Program-made: the position numbers and the translations under genes
Notes under the pieces: generated by a model
The model's input: only the letters and a program-made list of their open reading frames with translations
What the model was told of the DNA's origin: nothing
Database searches by the model: none
Assembly: GCA_037137755.1 (NCBI GenBank)
Contig: JBAXJR010000006.1
Span: forward strand, 19,653-83,652
Origin: Methanomicrobiales archaeon
Lineage (GTDB): Archaea > Halobacteriota > Methanomicrobia > Methanomicrobiales > Methanospirillaceae
Length of the DNA: 64,000 bases
Direction of reading: 5' to 3'
Shown: one piece after another, positions 1 to 9,622 of the stretch
Position numbering within the stretch: the stretch's first letter is position 1
Layout of the letters: each line of letters begins with the position of its first letter

Positions 1-21
1 CCATCCTGTTTTTTTATCTGT

Positions 22-152
22 ATACCCCGCAGCTTGCTGCGGGGAGAAGGAAGACGATCTAGGATTACGGTGAACCAATGACGATGCAGTCAAAAGAACA
101 ACCAGGCGGCTGTCCGAATCATGCCCTGTTGTTTGCAGCGGGGTGCACTGAC
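22..152. mobile_element. Putative non-autonomous IS200/IS605-type miniature element (two subterminal hairpins, no ORF)
   Basis: Perfect hairpin CCCCGCAGC-TT-GCTGCGGGG at 25-44. A degenerate copy GCCCTGTTGTTTGCAGCGGGG followed by TGCACTGAC lies at 123-152. This resembles left/right ends of IS200/IS605-family elements. Confidence 0.5.
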
Positions 153-387
153 GCATTTTGACTACCATAAATTTTAAACCCCATTGTGCGGAGGGTATCC
201 GGTATATCGTTCCAATCCGGCTCCTTCCTGGAAATTGAAAAATAATCCGATCATACAATATCCGGCTGATTACATGCAAGCTGGACACGGGTGTCTGTCT
301 TCCAGAGGATAATCTCATTGACGAACCTGTATTGAGGCCTTTCTTCTTCCGTAATCCATGGCTGCAAAGAGTTTTTTTCGGGTGATT

Positions 388-1653
388 TTATCCCTGCTCT
401 TTATCGTTATCCGGACTCATTTTATTCCGGGAAAAAACCCTGATAAATTTCCCAGTCCTGTCAATTATCCAAAGCCCGCATTTTAAGACTGTCACTTTCG
501 CACCCAGGGTTCCCCCTTCCAGTGATTCGGAAACTTCTTTCAATCCTGCCCGGACCGGCAGGTTCTGGGGGCAGATTTTTTCACATTTTCCACAATCCAT
601 GCAGAGTCCTGCATATGATCGGTCCCCGGTTATTCCTCCATGCCGGGTGAGATAACGGAATGCGTATTCACGACGGTTTCCAAACATTGAAGCCGCGTTA
701 TAGAGGGCAAAACATTCAGGTATATTTACACCGGCGGGGCATGGCAGACAATAACCGCAACCGGTGCATCCAACCTTCATCAGCCGGGTGTATGTATCCC
801 TGACCCTTGCAATAAGGGCAAGCTCTCCGGGAGCCAGGGAACATGGTTCTGCCTCACCTGCAATCTTTACATTCTCCTTGATGTGGGACTCCTGGTTCAT
901 TCCCGAAAGGACAACGGTCACCTCCGGGTGGTCCCAGACAAACCTGAGCCCCCATTCCACAGGAGTCCGCCGGACCGGAGCTTCTTTCCAGATCTCCTCT
1001 ACCTGGGTCGGGACCTGTCCTGCAAGGTTGCCACCGCGGAGAGGCTCCATGACCATCACGGCAAGGCGTTTTGATGCAGCATATTTCAGCCCTTTTGTCC
1101 CTGCCTGGTTCAGCTCGTCGAGGTAATTATATTGGACCTGGCAGAATTCCCAGTCATATGCATCTACAATTGTCCGGAAGGTATCCAGATTGCCATGAAA
1201 TGAAAATCCAGCGTTCATAATTTTACCTGACTGTTTTGCATGATCAAGAAATTCAAGCACTCCAAGATGAAGCATGGCCTCCCAGTTCTCCTTTGCAAGG
1301 CTGTGAAGGAGATAATAATCAATATGACTCGTTTTGAGTTTCACCAGCTGGCCATCAAGAATATGGTCCATGTCCTTTCTGTTTATGACAGACCAGGGTG
1401 GTAACTTGGTAGCAATCCGGACTTTCTCACGGTACCCGTCAGCAAGCGCACGAGCAAGCAGGTGCTCACTCCGGCCGAGGTGGTATGCAGGTGCTGTATC
1501 AAGATAATTGACCCCGTTATCAATCGCGTAACGTATCTGGCGGATTGCCCGTTCTTCATCGATACCATGGGTCCGGGTCAAAGGCAGGCGCATACAGCCA
1601 AAGCCAAGTATCGATAAGGTATCGCCGGTCTTTGGAACAGTCCGGTACAGCAT
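388..1653 (-). CDS. Aldo/keto reductase with C-terminal 4Fe-4S dicluster
   Basis: LGFGCMRLP, GVNYLDTAPAY, IATKLP and QVQYNYLDE motifs; C-terminal CTGCGYCLPCP and CMDCGKCEKICP. Start moved to MLYRTVP (1653). Confidence 0.92.
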   Translation of the reverse strand: MLYRTVPKTGDTLSILGFGCMRLPLTRTHGIDEERAIRQIRYAIDNGVNYLDTAPAYHLGRSEHLLARALADGYREKVRIATKLPPWSVINRKDMDHILDGQLVKLKTSHIDYYLLHSLAKENWEAMLHLGVLEFLDHAKQSGKIMNAGFSFHGNLDTFRTIVDAYDWEFCQVQYNYLDELNQAGTKGLKYAASKRLAVMVMEPLRGGNLAGQVPTQVEEIWKEAPVRRTPVEWGLRFVWDHPEVTVVLSGMNQESHIKENVKIAGEAEPCSLAPGELALIARVRDTYTRLMKVGCTGCGYCLPCPAGVNIPECFALYNAASMFGNRREYAFRYLTRHGGITGDRSYAGLCMDCGKCEKICPQNLPVRAGLKEVSESLEGGTLGAKVTVLKCGLWIIDRTGKFIRVFSRNKMSPDNDKEQG

Positions 1654-1809
1654 TGTTTCTCCCTTTTTTCGTTTTTCGTGAATATTCAGGCAAATCTCTT
1701 TGACGACCTGCAATAACAATGAATCCCTGTAAACCTGTTGCCGCTGTATCGTACCATTGCTATGTTCTTTAAAAAAGATACGGCGGTGGAAGCCTGAGGT
1801 TCCAGGAAA

Positions 1810-3048
1810 TCATGCGAACATAGCACCGAACGTGCTAATCATCCGCTGCCGGTCAAAGTCGGCTTCAACTTTTTCAATGGCTGCCAGGAGGTCCTCCTGG
1901 GTAACGTGATCATGTTCTTTCCGTATGGCAAACATCCCTGCTTCCATCACAACGGCCCTGAGGTCAGCCCCGTTTTTACCCTCAGTCAGCCGGGCTACTT
2001 CAGAAAGTCTCACCGATTCATCGAGATTCATATCGCGTACATGGACATTCAGGATCGCGAGTCTTCCGGTAGCGTCCGGGAGTGGGATCTCGATTATGCG
2101 ATCGAAACGACCGGGCCTGAGCAGTGCACGGTCAAGGATGTCAATCCTGTTCGTCGCCCCGATGATCTTTACATCACCCCGGCGTTCAAAACCATCCATC
2201 CCTGCCAGGAGTTGCATAAGTGTCCGTTGCACCTCGCGGTCTCCTGATGTTGTTGCCTCTGTCCGGGATGCCCCGATTGCGTCGATCTCATCGATAAAGA
2301 TGATTGTCGGTGACTTTTGTTTCGCCAGTTCGAACAACTCGCGGACAAGCCTGGCCCCTTCACCAATGTACTTCTGTACAAGCTCTGAACCGACAACACG
2401 CAGGAAATGGGCATTCGTTTCATGTGCAACTGCACGTGCAAGAAGAGTTTTTCCTGTCCCCGGCGGTCCATGGAGAAGAACTCCTTTTGGCGGATCTATC
2501 CCTATTTTCTCGAACAGGTCGGGTCGTTTCAGGGGAAGTTCAACGGCTTCCTTGATCTCAGTAATCTGTTGCTCAAGGCCCCCGATATCGCCGTAACTTT
2601 CCGTCGGGGTCTCCACGATTTCCATCCCGTAAACCTGCGAATCGAAGCTGCTTGGCAGGATATCGACGACTGCAAGTGACTGCTGGTTGAGGGTGCATCT
2701 CGAACCCGGCTTGAGTTTTTCCTGGTCGATGCACAACGAGCTCCTTACAAGAAAACGAGGGCCTGCACTGCTCCGCACGATTACCCTGTTATTATCAATT
2801 ATATCGGTAATTGTCCCGACGACAAGCGGAGGGCTCCGGAGTTGCTCAATCTCGCTCTTTAATTTCCTGACCTCCCGCTCGTATCGGATTTTCTGGGTCT
2901 CAATATATCGTTTATCTGATTCAATCTGGCGCAACTGCTCGCGTAGCTCAAGGTTGCGTGATTCCATGCTTGTTACCCGTTCCAGCAGGTACCGGTATAA
3001 TTCTTCCGGGTTTTGCGGCTCCGGCGGCTGGCGGGCAGTCTCTGCCAT
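1810..3048 (-). CDS. pan: Proteasome-activating nucleotidase (AAA+ ATPase)
   Basis: N-terminal coiled coil, Walker A GPPGTGKT, Walker B IIFIDEID, pore loop [16 protein letters not shown]-terminal HbYX-like MFA. Confidence 0.96.
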   Translation of the reverse strand: MAETARQPPEPQNPEELYRYLLERVTSMESRNLELREQLRQIESDKRYIETQKIRYEREVRKLKSEIEQLRSPPLVVGTITDIIDNNRVIVRSSAGPRFLVRSSLCIDQEKLKPGSRCTLNQQSLAVVDILPSSFDSQVYGMEIVETPTESYGDIGGLEQQITEIKEAVELPLKRPDLFEKIGIDPPKGVLLHGPPGTGKTLLARAVAHETNAHFLRVVGSELVQKYIGEGARLVRELFELAKQKSPTIIFIDEIDAIGASRTEATTSGDREVQRTLMQLLAGMDGFERRGDVKIIGATNRIDILDRALLRPGRFDRIIEIPLPDATGRLAILNVHVRDMNLDESVRLSEVARLTEGKNGADLRAVVMEAGMFAIRKEHDHVTQEDLLAAIEKVEADFDRQRMISTFGAMFA

Positions 3049-3103
3049 CTGTTTGCCTCAAATAGATATATAGGGAAAAATGACTATAAAGATGTTTGCG
3101 ACT

Positions 3104-3607
3104 ATGCAGTGCGAATTATGTGGTGCAAATGCACGCGCTTTGAAAAATGTAAGGATCGAGAGCGCGGAGCTCAGGGTATGTCCCCAGTGCGAACATTATG
3201 GTGTTGAAGTCCAGCAGCCTAACAGGACTACCCCAAGGCCGGGAACAGGACGCCGGCCGGCAAATGCTCCCCCGGTACCCCATCCCGTAACAAAGACACG
3301 ACGTGATATGTTTGATATGATAGAGGGGGAAATTGTCGACGATTATGGCGAAAGGATTAAGCATGCCCGTATGCAGAGAGGCTGGTCCCAAAAAGATCTC
3401 GCCATGGAGCTGAAAGTCAGGGAACTTTTAATTAAAAAGATTGAAAATGGAGACCTGATCCCTGAAGATGATGTGCGTCGGGCGCTTGAAAAAACACTTG
3501 AGATCCGCCTCCTTGATATCCCGGAAGATGAGAGTGAAAGGAAAAAAACCGGGAATATCGTACCTACGCTGGGGGATGTCATCTCTATAAAAAAGGGTAA
3601 AAAATAA
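3104..3607 (+). CDS. Archaeal multiprotein bridging factor aMBF1 (Zn ribbon + HTH)
   Basis: MQCELCG...VCPQC Zn ribbon and Cro-type HTH (GWSQKDLAMELK). Divergent from pan, the typical synteny. The upstream ATG at 3080 is an alternative start. Confidence 0.9.
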   Translation: MQCELCGANARALKNVRIESAELRVCPQCEHYGVEVQQPNRTTPRPGTGRRPANAPPVPHPVTKTRRDMFDMIEGEIVDDYGERIKHARMQRGWSQKDLAMELKVRELLIKKIENGDLIPEDDVRRALEKTLEIRLLDIPEDESERKKTGNIVPTLGDVISIKKGKK

Positions 3608-3987
3608 GCCTGTTTTCATTTTTTTGATAAATGGTTGCGGGGACCAGGCAAATCCCCATTCAGAACCGGACTTCAAACAATTTCCCGGAAATTTTCAATA
3701 TTCTAACCACTTTATTTAAATACTGGTAATGCTCATCTAAAATGTAATGTGTGGTGAATGTTTTTTTGCCCGTGAATGTTTTTATCACGACCAGCAGAGC
3801 ACATACACGATGCATGAAATCCTGTAGTCCTGTGCAGGGACTCTGTTTTAACCAAGTTATTCAACGAGCAGCTGCTGTAAACAACACATCAGCAGTTCCT
3901 GGTTATTATCGTTATATCTTTAGTTTTAGGTATCTCCCATACTGAACGGACAATCTTTAACCGTTTGGGCAGGGGAGGAGGATTACT

Positions 3988-4776
3988 ATGAGAGGGAAAG
4001 ATATTCGTCTTGAACGCATCATGAACCGTAACACAAGGAAGACCATCATAGTCCCGATGGACCATGGTGTCACGAACGGGCCGATAGATGGCCTGATCGA
4101 TCTTGGCAACGCAGTCGACCAGGTAGCGGAAGGGGGGGCCAATGCGGTGCTGGGGCATATGGGCCTTGCATTATACGGCCACCGGAAAACCGGCCGTGAT
4201 ATCGGGCTCATCCTGCATCTCTCGGCAAGCACGTCGATCGGACCTGACCCCAATGAAAAAGTGCTGATCAATACGGTCCAGAACGCGTTGAAAATGGGGG
4301 CCGATGCAGTATCAATGCATGTTAACATCGGGGCCGATTCAGAGGCCGTAATGCTTTCAGACCTTGGAAAAATTGCAGTGGACTGCATGGAATGGGGTAT
4401 GCCGCTTCTGGCAATGATGTACCCGAGGGGAAGGAAGATCACCGATGAACATGATGTGGACCAGGTAAAGCTTGCAGCAAGGGTGGCTGCTGAGCTTGGG
4501 GCAGATATTGTAAAAACCGTTTACACGGGAGACCCTGACAGCTTCCGTGAAGTTACCCGGGGTTGCCCGGTGCCCGTTGTAGTTGCGGGCGGTCAGAAAA
4601 CCGACGACCGTGCAACACTAGAACTGATTGAGGGTGCAATGGAAGGTGGTGCAGCAGGTCTCTCGATAGGCAGGAACGCGTTCCAGCACCGGACCCCCGC
4701 CCGTTTTGTCTACGCGGCTGCGTTAATCGTCCACGAACGGAAAAGCGTTGATGAAGCCCTGAAGTCACTTGTTTAA
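3988..4776 (+). CDS. aroA': 2-amino-3,7-dideoxy-D-threo-hept-6-ulosonate synthase / DhnA-type class I aldolase (copy 1)
   Basis: [24 protein letters not shown] (Schiff-base Lys) and GRNAFQ. GGAGGAGG SD upstream; heads the aro cluster. Confidence 0.88.
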   Translation: MRGKDIRLERIMNRNTRKTIIVPMDHGVTNGPIDGLIDLGNAVDQVAEGGANAVLGHMGLALYGHRKTGRDIGLILHLSASTSIGPDPNEKVLINTVQNALKMGADAVSMHVNIGADSEAVMLSDLGKIAVDCMEWGMPLLAMMYPRGRKITDEHDVDQVKLAARVAAELGADIVKTVYTGDPDSFREVTRGCPVPVVVAGGQKTDDRATLELIEGAMEGGAAGLSIGRNAFQHRTPARFVYAAALIVHERKSVDEALKSLV

Positions 4777-4865
4777 GTGAAAAACCGGGTGTGCATAAAA
4801 AGAGGAAAATTCCAAAAAACAGGCTGGAATCAGTAACTGAAAATTAAAAGGAGTGAAAAGACATC

Positions 4866-5651
4866 ATGATTGGCAAGGATATCAGGATAGAAAGGATAAT
4901 GGACAGGAATACCGGAAGGGCGGTCATTGTACCGATGGACCACGGGTTTACCCTCGGGCAGATTGACGGGCTTCTTGACATGACGAAGATAATATCCGAG
5001 GTCTCGGAGGGCGGGGCGAATGCTATCGTACTTCATAAAGGCCTTGTAAAACGTGGTCACCGGAAACGAGGGCGGGATATCGGGCTTATTGTTCATCTCT
5101 CGGCAAGTACTTCCTTAAATCCTGATCCGAATGATAAGGTCCTCGTCTGCACCGTGGAAGAGGCTGTAGCCCTTGGGGCTGACGGGGTATCGATCCACAT
5201 TAACCTCGGGGCCCCACAGGAATCGAGAATGATCGAGTCTGCAGGAAAGATCGTAAAAGACTGTAACCGCTGGGGTATGCCCCTGCTCGTCATGATTTAC
5301 CCAAGAGGGAAGGGTATCGATCCCAATTCACCGCAGGCTATCGGGCACTGTGTCCGGGTAGCTGAAGAACTCGGGGCAGACCTGATCAAGACAAATTACC
5401 CCGGAGACCCTGTCTCATTCAAAAAAATCACCGATGCCTGCTCAGTCCCGGTACTGGTTGCAGGTGGTGAGAAGATGGGTGACCTTGAGTCCCTCCGGAT
5501 GATCCGTGAATCGATCCATGCAGGCGGTGCTGGTGTTTGTGTCGGCCGTAATGCGTTCCAGAGGGAGTCACCAGGAGCTTTCGTGAAAGCACTTGGACTT
5601 GTAGTCCATGGTAACCTGGAACCCGGCCTCGCACTGGAGCGTTCCGGATGA
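4866..5651 (+). CDS. Second DhnA-type class I aldolase (ADH synthase or DKFP synthase paralog)
   Basis: Clear paralog of 3988-4776 (IVPMDHG, YPRG, ELGADLIKT, GRNAFQ). Confidence 0.85.
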   Translation: MIGKDIRIERIMDRNTGRAVIVPMDHGFTLGQIDGLLDMTKIISEVSEGGANAIVLHKGLVKRGHRKRGRDIGLIVHLSASTSLNPDPNDKVLVCTVEEAVALGADGVSIHINLGAPQESRMIESAGKIVKDCNRWGMPLLVMIYPRGKGIDPNSPQAIGHCVRVAEELGADLIKTNYPGDPVSFKKITDACSVPVLVAGGEKMGDLESLRMIRESIHAGGAGVCVGRNAFQRESPGAFVKALGLVVHGNLEPGLALERSG

Positions 5652-6634
5652 AAGAGTTCTGGGTGGACTGCAGGCCCTGGAACAAAGGTATTGCTACAAC
5701 GGCAATTGAAAGCGGGGCTGACACCCTTGTTCTTGACCATGCCAAATCCGGTCGCGAACTGGGGAGGGTCCGCACCGCCGCACCGGACGGGGATCTTGTC
5801 CCCGAAAGGGATGTATTCACCTGCAGGATAAGGGATAAGGCGAGTGAAACCGAGGCAGTTACCCTCTCAAAAAAAGGATACGTCATTGTTGAAACCGAAG
5901 ACTGGAATGTAATCCCGCTCGAGAACCTTGTTTCGATGTCAGATCGCATCATTGCACTTGTGGATGACCTTGATTCAGCAGAAATAGCCCTGAACGTACT
6001 TGAAAAGGGGGTCTGCGGGATTCTTCTATCCACAACGGACCCTGCTGTAGTCAGGAAGGTCGCATCACTTCTCACATCCGGCACTCCCCCGGTTGAAATA
6101 GTTCCCCTGGCAATCACCAGGATAATCCCTGCCGGTATGGGTGACCGCGTCTGTGTCGATACCTGCTCGTTATTGTCTGACAGTGAAGGGATGCTTATTG
6201 GCAATACTTCAGCTGGTGCATTCCTGGTCCACGCAGAAACGCTTGAAAACCCATATGTTGCACCACGACCATTCCGTGTAAATGCCGGGGCGGTTCATGC
6301 CTATGCCACAATGCCCGGCGGAAAAACCGCATACCTGTCTGACTTAAAGGCCGGAGACCGGGTACTTATTTCGGATTCTCGGGGAAATACCAAAGAAGCA
6401 ACAGTAGGGAGAGTAAAAATTGAACTCCGTCCGCTCCTGCTCATCGAAGCCGAGTACCAGGGAAGAAAAGTGAGCGCAGTCCTTCAGAATGCTGAAACAA
6501 TCCGCCTCGTGCGCGAAGATGGAAGTGCCTGCTCTGTTGCGGCCTTAAAAACCGGTGATGTTGTGATGGGATCTGTCACAGATAGTGGTCGTCATTTCGG
6601 TGTTGCCGTGAAAGAACATATTATTGAAAAATGA
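5648..6634 (+). CDS. aroB': 3-dehydroquinate synthase II (archaeal type)
   Basis: DWNVIPLENL, GDRVCVDTC, RPFRVNAGAVHAY and LQNAETIRL motifs; ATGA overlap with the upstream gene. Confidence 0.95.
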   Translation: MKEFWVDCRPWNKGIATTAIESGADTLVLDHAKSGRELGRVRTAAPDGDLVPERDVFTCRIRDKASETEAVTLSKKGYVIVETEDWNVIPLENLVSMSDRIIALVDDLDSAEIALNVLEKGVCGILLSTTDPAVVRKVASLLTSGTPPVEIVPLAITRIIPAGMGDRVCVDTCSLLSDSEGMLIGNTSAGAFLVHAETLENPYVAPRPFRVNAGAVHAYATMPGGKTAYLSDLKAGDRVLISDSRGNTKEATVGRVKIELRPLLLIEAEYQGRKVSAVLQNAETIRLVREDGSACSVAALKTGDVVMGSVTDSGRHFGVAVKEHIIEK

Positions 6635-6707
6635 ATATGGGATGTACCATGGTTATGAAAGAAAACCTGTTTTGTTGTTCCGGGAATAAATCACGGGGCC
6701 CGCAACG

Positions 6708-7532
6708 ATGAAGGCAGGTATTATCGGGGGGACCGGAAAGATGGGGCACCTGTTTTCCGGGGTGTTTGAACGGGCAGGATACGAGGTGGCATGTTCCGGG
6801 AGGAATACGCGGGTTACCGCCATGGATATCGTAGCGGAATCTCACCTGGTTATCGTATCTGTTCCCATCCATAGTACTGCAGAAGTTATCCGGACTATCT
6901 CCCCATACCTTAAGGCATCACAGGTTGTTTGCGATCTTACCTCGCTTAAGGTATTCCCTGTCAGGGAGATGCTCTGTTCAAAGGCGGAAGTCATCGGGCT
7001 TCACCCGATGTTCGGCCCATCTGTCAGGACCATGGAACAACAAACAATAATTGTTACTCCTGCACGTTGCAGCAATGAGAATCTCATCCGGCTGACCGGT
7101 ATCTTTGAGCGCGAAGGCGCAAGGATTACGATAACCACTCCTGAGGCACATGACCGGATGATGGCGGTTGTCCAGGGGCTTACCCATTTCGTCACCCTCA
7201 GCATGGCAGAGACCATGCGGAGAATCGGTATTACACCAGCCGATACCGAACCGTTTATGAGTCCGGTTTACCAGATAGAGTCGTGCCTGGCGGGACGGCT
7301 CCTGTCGCAGGACCCGGAGTTATATGCAGATATGCTCAGGATGAACCCCTACGTGCCAGCAGTTCTCGAAGCATGTGAGCAGGCAGTCCGCGATGTGAAA
7401 AATACCGTGTTATCCGGAGAAACTGGCTTGTTTGAACAGCTTTTTACCCGTGATAGTGAACATTTCGGGGATTATTGCAGCGCTGCATCATCCCTATCCG
7501 ATTCCCTGATCGAAGCGATGGTGAAACGATGA
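6708..7532 (+). CDS. tyrA: Prephenate dehydrogenase
   Basis: GIIGGTGKMG Rossmann motif, DLTSLK, HPMFGP and HDRMMAVVQGLTHF. Confidence 0.93.
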   Translation: MKAGIIGGTGKMGHLFSGVFERAGYEVACSGRNTRVTAMDIVAESHLVIVSVPIHSTAEVIRTISPYLKASQVVCDLTSLKVFPVREMLCSKAEVIGLHPMFGPSVRTMEQQTIIVTPARCSNENLIRLTGIFEREGARITITTPEAHDRMMAVVQGLTHFVTLSMAETMRRIGITPADTEPFMSPVYQIESCLAGRLLSQDPELYADMLRMNPYVPAVLEACEQAVRDVKNTVLSGETGLFEQLFTRDSEHFGDYCSAASSLSDSLIEAMVKR

Positions 7533-8323
7533 CCTTTTTTGCACTTGGTCCGGAGGGGACGTTCAGCCATGAACTTGCATGTAAATTAGTACCACCTGGA
7601 GAAGTCCGGCTTCTCCCAGCCATCGGTACGGTACTTTCAACCGTAGAACAGGGCCTGGGAGACGGGGTAATCCCTGTTGAGAATAGCGAAGCAGGCGGGG
7701 TTGGGCCGGCGCTGGACGGGCTTTTACGGTACAATGTTTTCGTAACGGGGGAAATATATATTGAAGTCCACCATTTGCTCGCATCCTTTCTTCCTGTGGA
7801 TAAGATTTCGGTGATCTATGCCCATCCCCAGACCAGCGAGCAATGCAGCGAATTTCTCGATAACCTTGGTATCGAGATAATCCCGACAAAAAGTAATGCA
7901 GCGAGTGCCATCGAACTGCTGGATAACCGGAGGGGTGCGGCCATTGTATCAAAAAAGATTTCAGAGATCTATAATCTTCCTGTAATTCACTCCAATATAG
8001 AGAATAACCCTCACAATGTCACCCGGTTTTTCAGGATTTCAGACCAGGCGCTGCATGAATCCAATCCGGAAAAGTGCAGTATCGTTGTTGATCCGGCAAC
8101 CGACCGCCCCGGACTTCTCTACGAACTGCTTGGGGTGTTCGGAAGACGTAACATTAACCTCTGCAGGATCGAGTCCCGTCCATCGAAACGAGGTATGGGA
8201 AGCTATGTTTTTTTCATTGACATAACGACCTCCCCCGGTTACCGGGAATCCCTTGCTGAGCTCGAAGGGTTGACGGAAATAAGGCGGCTTGGCTGTTATA
8301 ACCGGCTGGAGGTGAACCTGTGA
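7529..8323 (+). CDS. pheA: Prephenate dehydratase with ACT domain
   Basis: LGPEGTFS, PVENSEAG, NVTRF, DRPGLL and IESRPSK. Start placed at the ATGA overlap with tyrA. Confidence 0.93.
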   Translation: MTFFALGPEGTFSHELACKLVPPGEVRLLPAIGTVLSTVEQGLGDGVIPVENSEAGGVGPALDGLLRYNVFVTGEIYIEVHHLLASFLPVDKISVIYAHPQTSEQCSEFLDNLGIEIIPTKSNAASAIELLDNRRGAAIVSKKISEIYNLPVIHSNIENNPHNVTRFFRISDQALHESNPEKCSIVVDPATDRPGLLYELLGVFGRRNINLCRIESRPSKRGMGSYVFFIDITTSPGYRESLAELEGLTEIRRLGCYNRLEVNL

Positions 8324-9588
8324 ATATTACCCTTCCGAAGATGAAGGAGTGCGAGTTCCGTGTTGCTGCCCCACCTTCAAAAAGTTATACCCACAGGGCC
8401 CTCATTATTGCGGCAATGGCTCATGGCGTTTCTGAGATAAAAAATCCCCTTGATTCAGGAGATACCCGGGTCACCTGCCGGGCACTCCGGGCACTGGGAG
8501 TAGAAATAAGCGAGCTACCGGGACTAATCAGGGTCAGTGGTTGTTCTGGTGAGTTCTCCTCCGAAAAAATGATGACCCTCGATATGGAAAACTCTGGTAC
8601 CAGTTTCCGGCTCCTGATGGCATCTGCATTGTTATGCGACCAACCGGTAATTCTTACCGGCAGTTCCCGGATGCAGGAGCGCCCCGTCGGTCATCTTGTG
8701 GAAGCACTCAATTCTATTGGTGGCCGTATCAGGTATCTTTCAAATACAGGGTACCCTCCGGTCCTCATTGAAGGTACGATCCAGGGCGGGGCGGTTTCGA
8801 TACCAGGCTCTATCAGCAGCCAATTTATTTCGGCACTTATGATCCCGGCGCCTTATGCCGCATCTGATCTCGAAGTCAGGGTTACCGGGGAGATAGCATC
8901 ACGGTCATACCTGGATATTACTGCCGACTGCATGGAAGGATTCGGTGTGAAACCTGGAAGGGAGGGATACCACCGGTTCATGATCAGGTCAGGAAACGGC
9001 TACGAAGGCCGGAACTATACCATCGAAGGGGATTATTCGTCAGCATCATATTTCTTTGCAATTGCTGCAGTTACCGGGGGTAGGGTTGAAGTATCGGGTC
9101 TTAATCCCGGATCTGTGCAGGGTGACCGGATGTTTGTCGAAGCGCTGGGCGGAATGGGGTGCACGGTTTCGTACCAGGCAGATAGTATCCGGGTTGAGAG
9201 GACCGGAGATCTTACGGGAATTACGATGGATATGTCTTCATCTCCTGACACGGTACAGACACTTTGTATGGTTGCAGCCATTGCGTCAACGCCGTCAAAA
9301 ATCACGGGGATCTCCCACCTGAAGTACAAGGAGAGTGACCGACTCAAGACAACGGTTGACCTCCTGAACGGGCTCGGGGGTAACGCACACATGACCGACA
9401 ACGGGATTAGTATCATACCGGTTCCGCTTCATGGCGGAGTTATTGACCCGGGTGATGACCACCGGACTGCAATGAGTGCTGCAGTACTGGCACTTTCACG
9501 CGGGGATATCACTATTAAAAATGCAGAATGTGTGGACAAGTCGTTTCCCCATTTTTTTGACATTATCAGGGGGATTGTTCCGGAATGA
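8320..9588 (+). CDS. aroA: 3-phosphoshikimate 1-carboxyvinyltransferase (EPSP synthase)
   Basis: PPSKSYTHRAL, NSGTSFR, SSQFISAL, KESDRL, DHRTAM and KSFPHF. Confidence 0.95.
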   Translation: MNITLPKMKECEFRVAAPPSKSYTHRALIIAAMAHGVSEIKNPLDSGDTRVTCRALRALGVEISELPGLIRVSGCSGEFSSEKMMTLDMENSGTSFRLLMASALLCDQPVILTGSSRMQERPVGHLVEALNSIGGRIRYLSNTGYPPVLIEGTIQGGAVSIPGSISSQFISALMIPAPYAASDLEVRVTGEIASRSYLDITADCMEGFGVKPGREGYHRFMIRSGNGYEGRNYTIEGDYSSASYFFAIAAVTGGRVEVSGLNPGSVQGDRMFVEALGGMGCTVSYQADSIRVERTGDLTGITMDMSSSPDTVQTLCMVAAIASTPSKITGISHLKYKESDRLKTTVDLLNGLGGNAHMTDNGISIIPVPLHGGVIDPGDDHRTAMSAAVLALSRGDITIKNAECVDKSFPHFFDIIRGIVPE

Positions 9589-9622
9589 TGAGGTATGAGA
9601 TATCGATGAGGAAGAGATCTGC

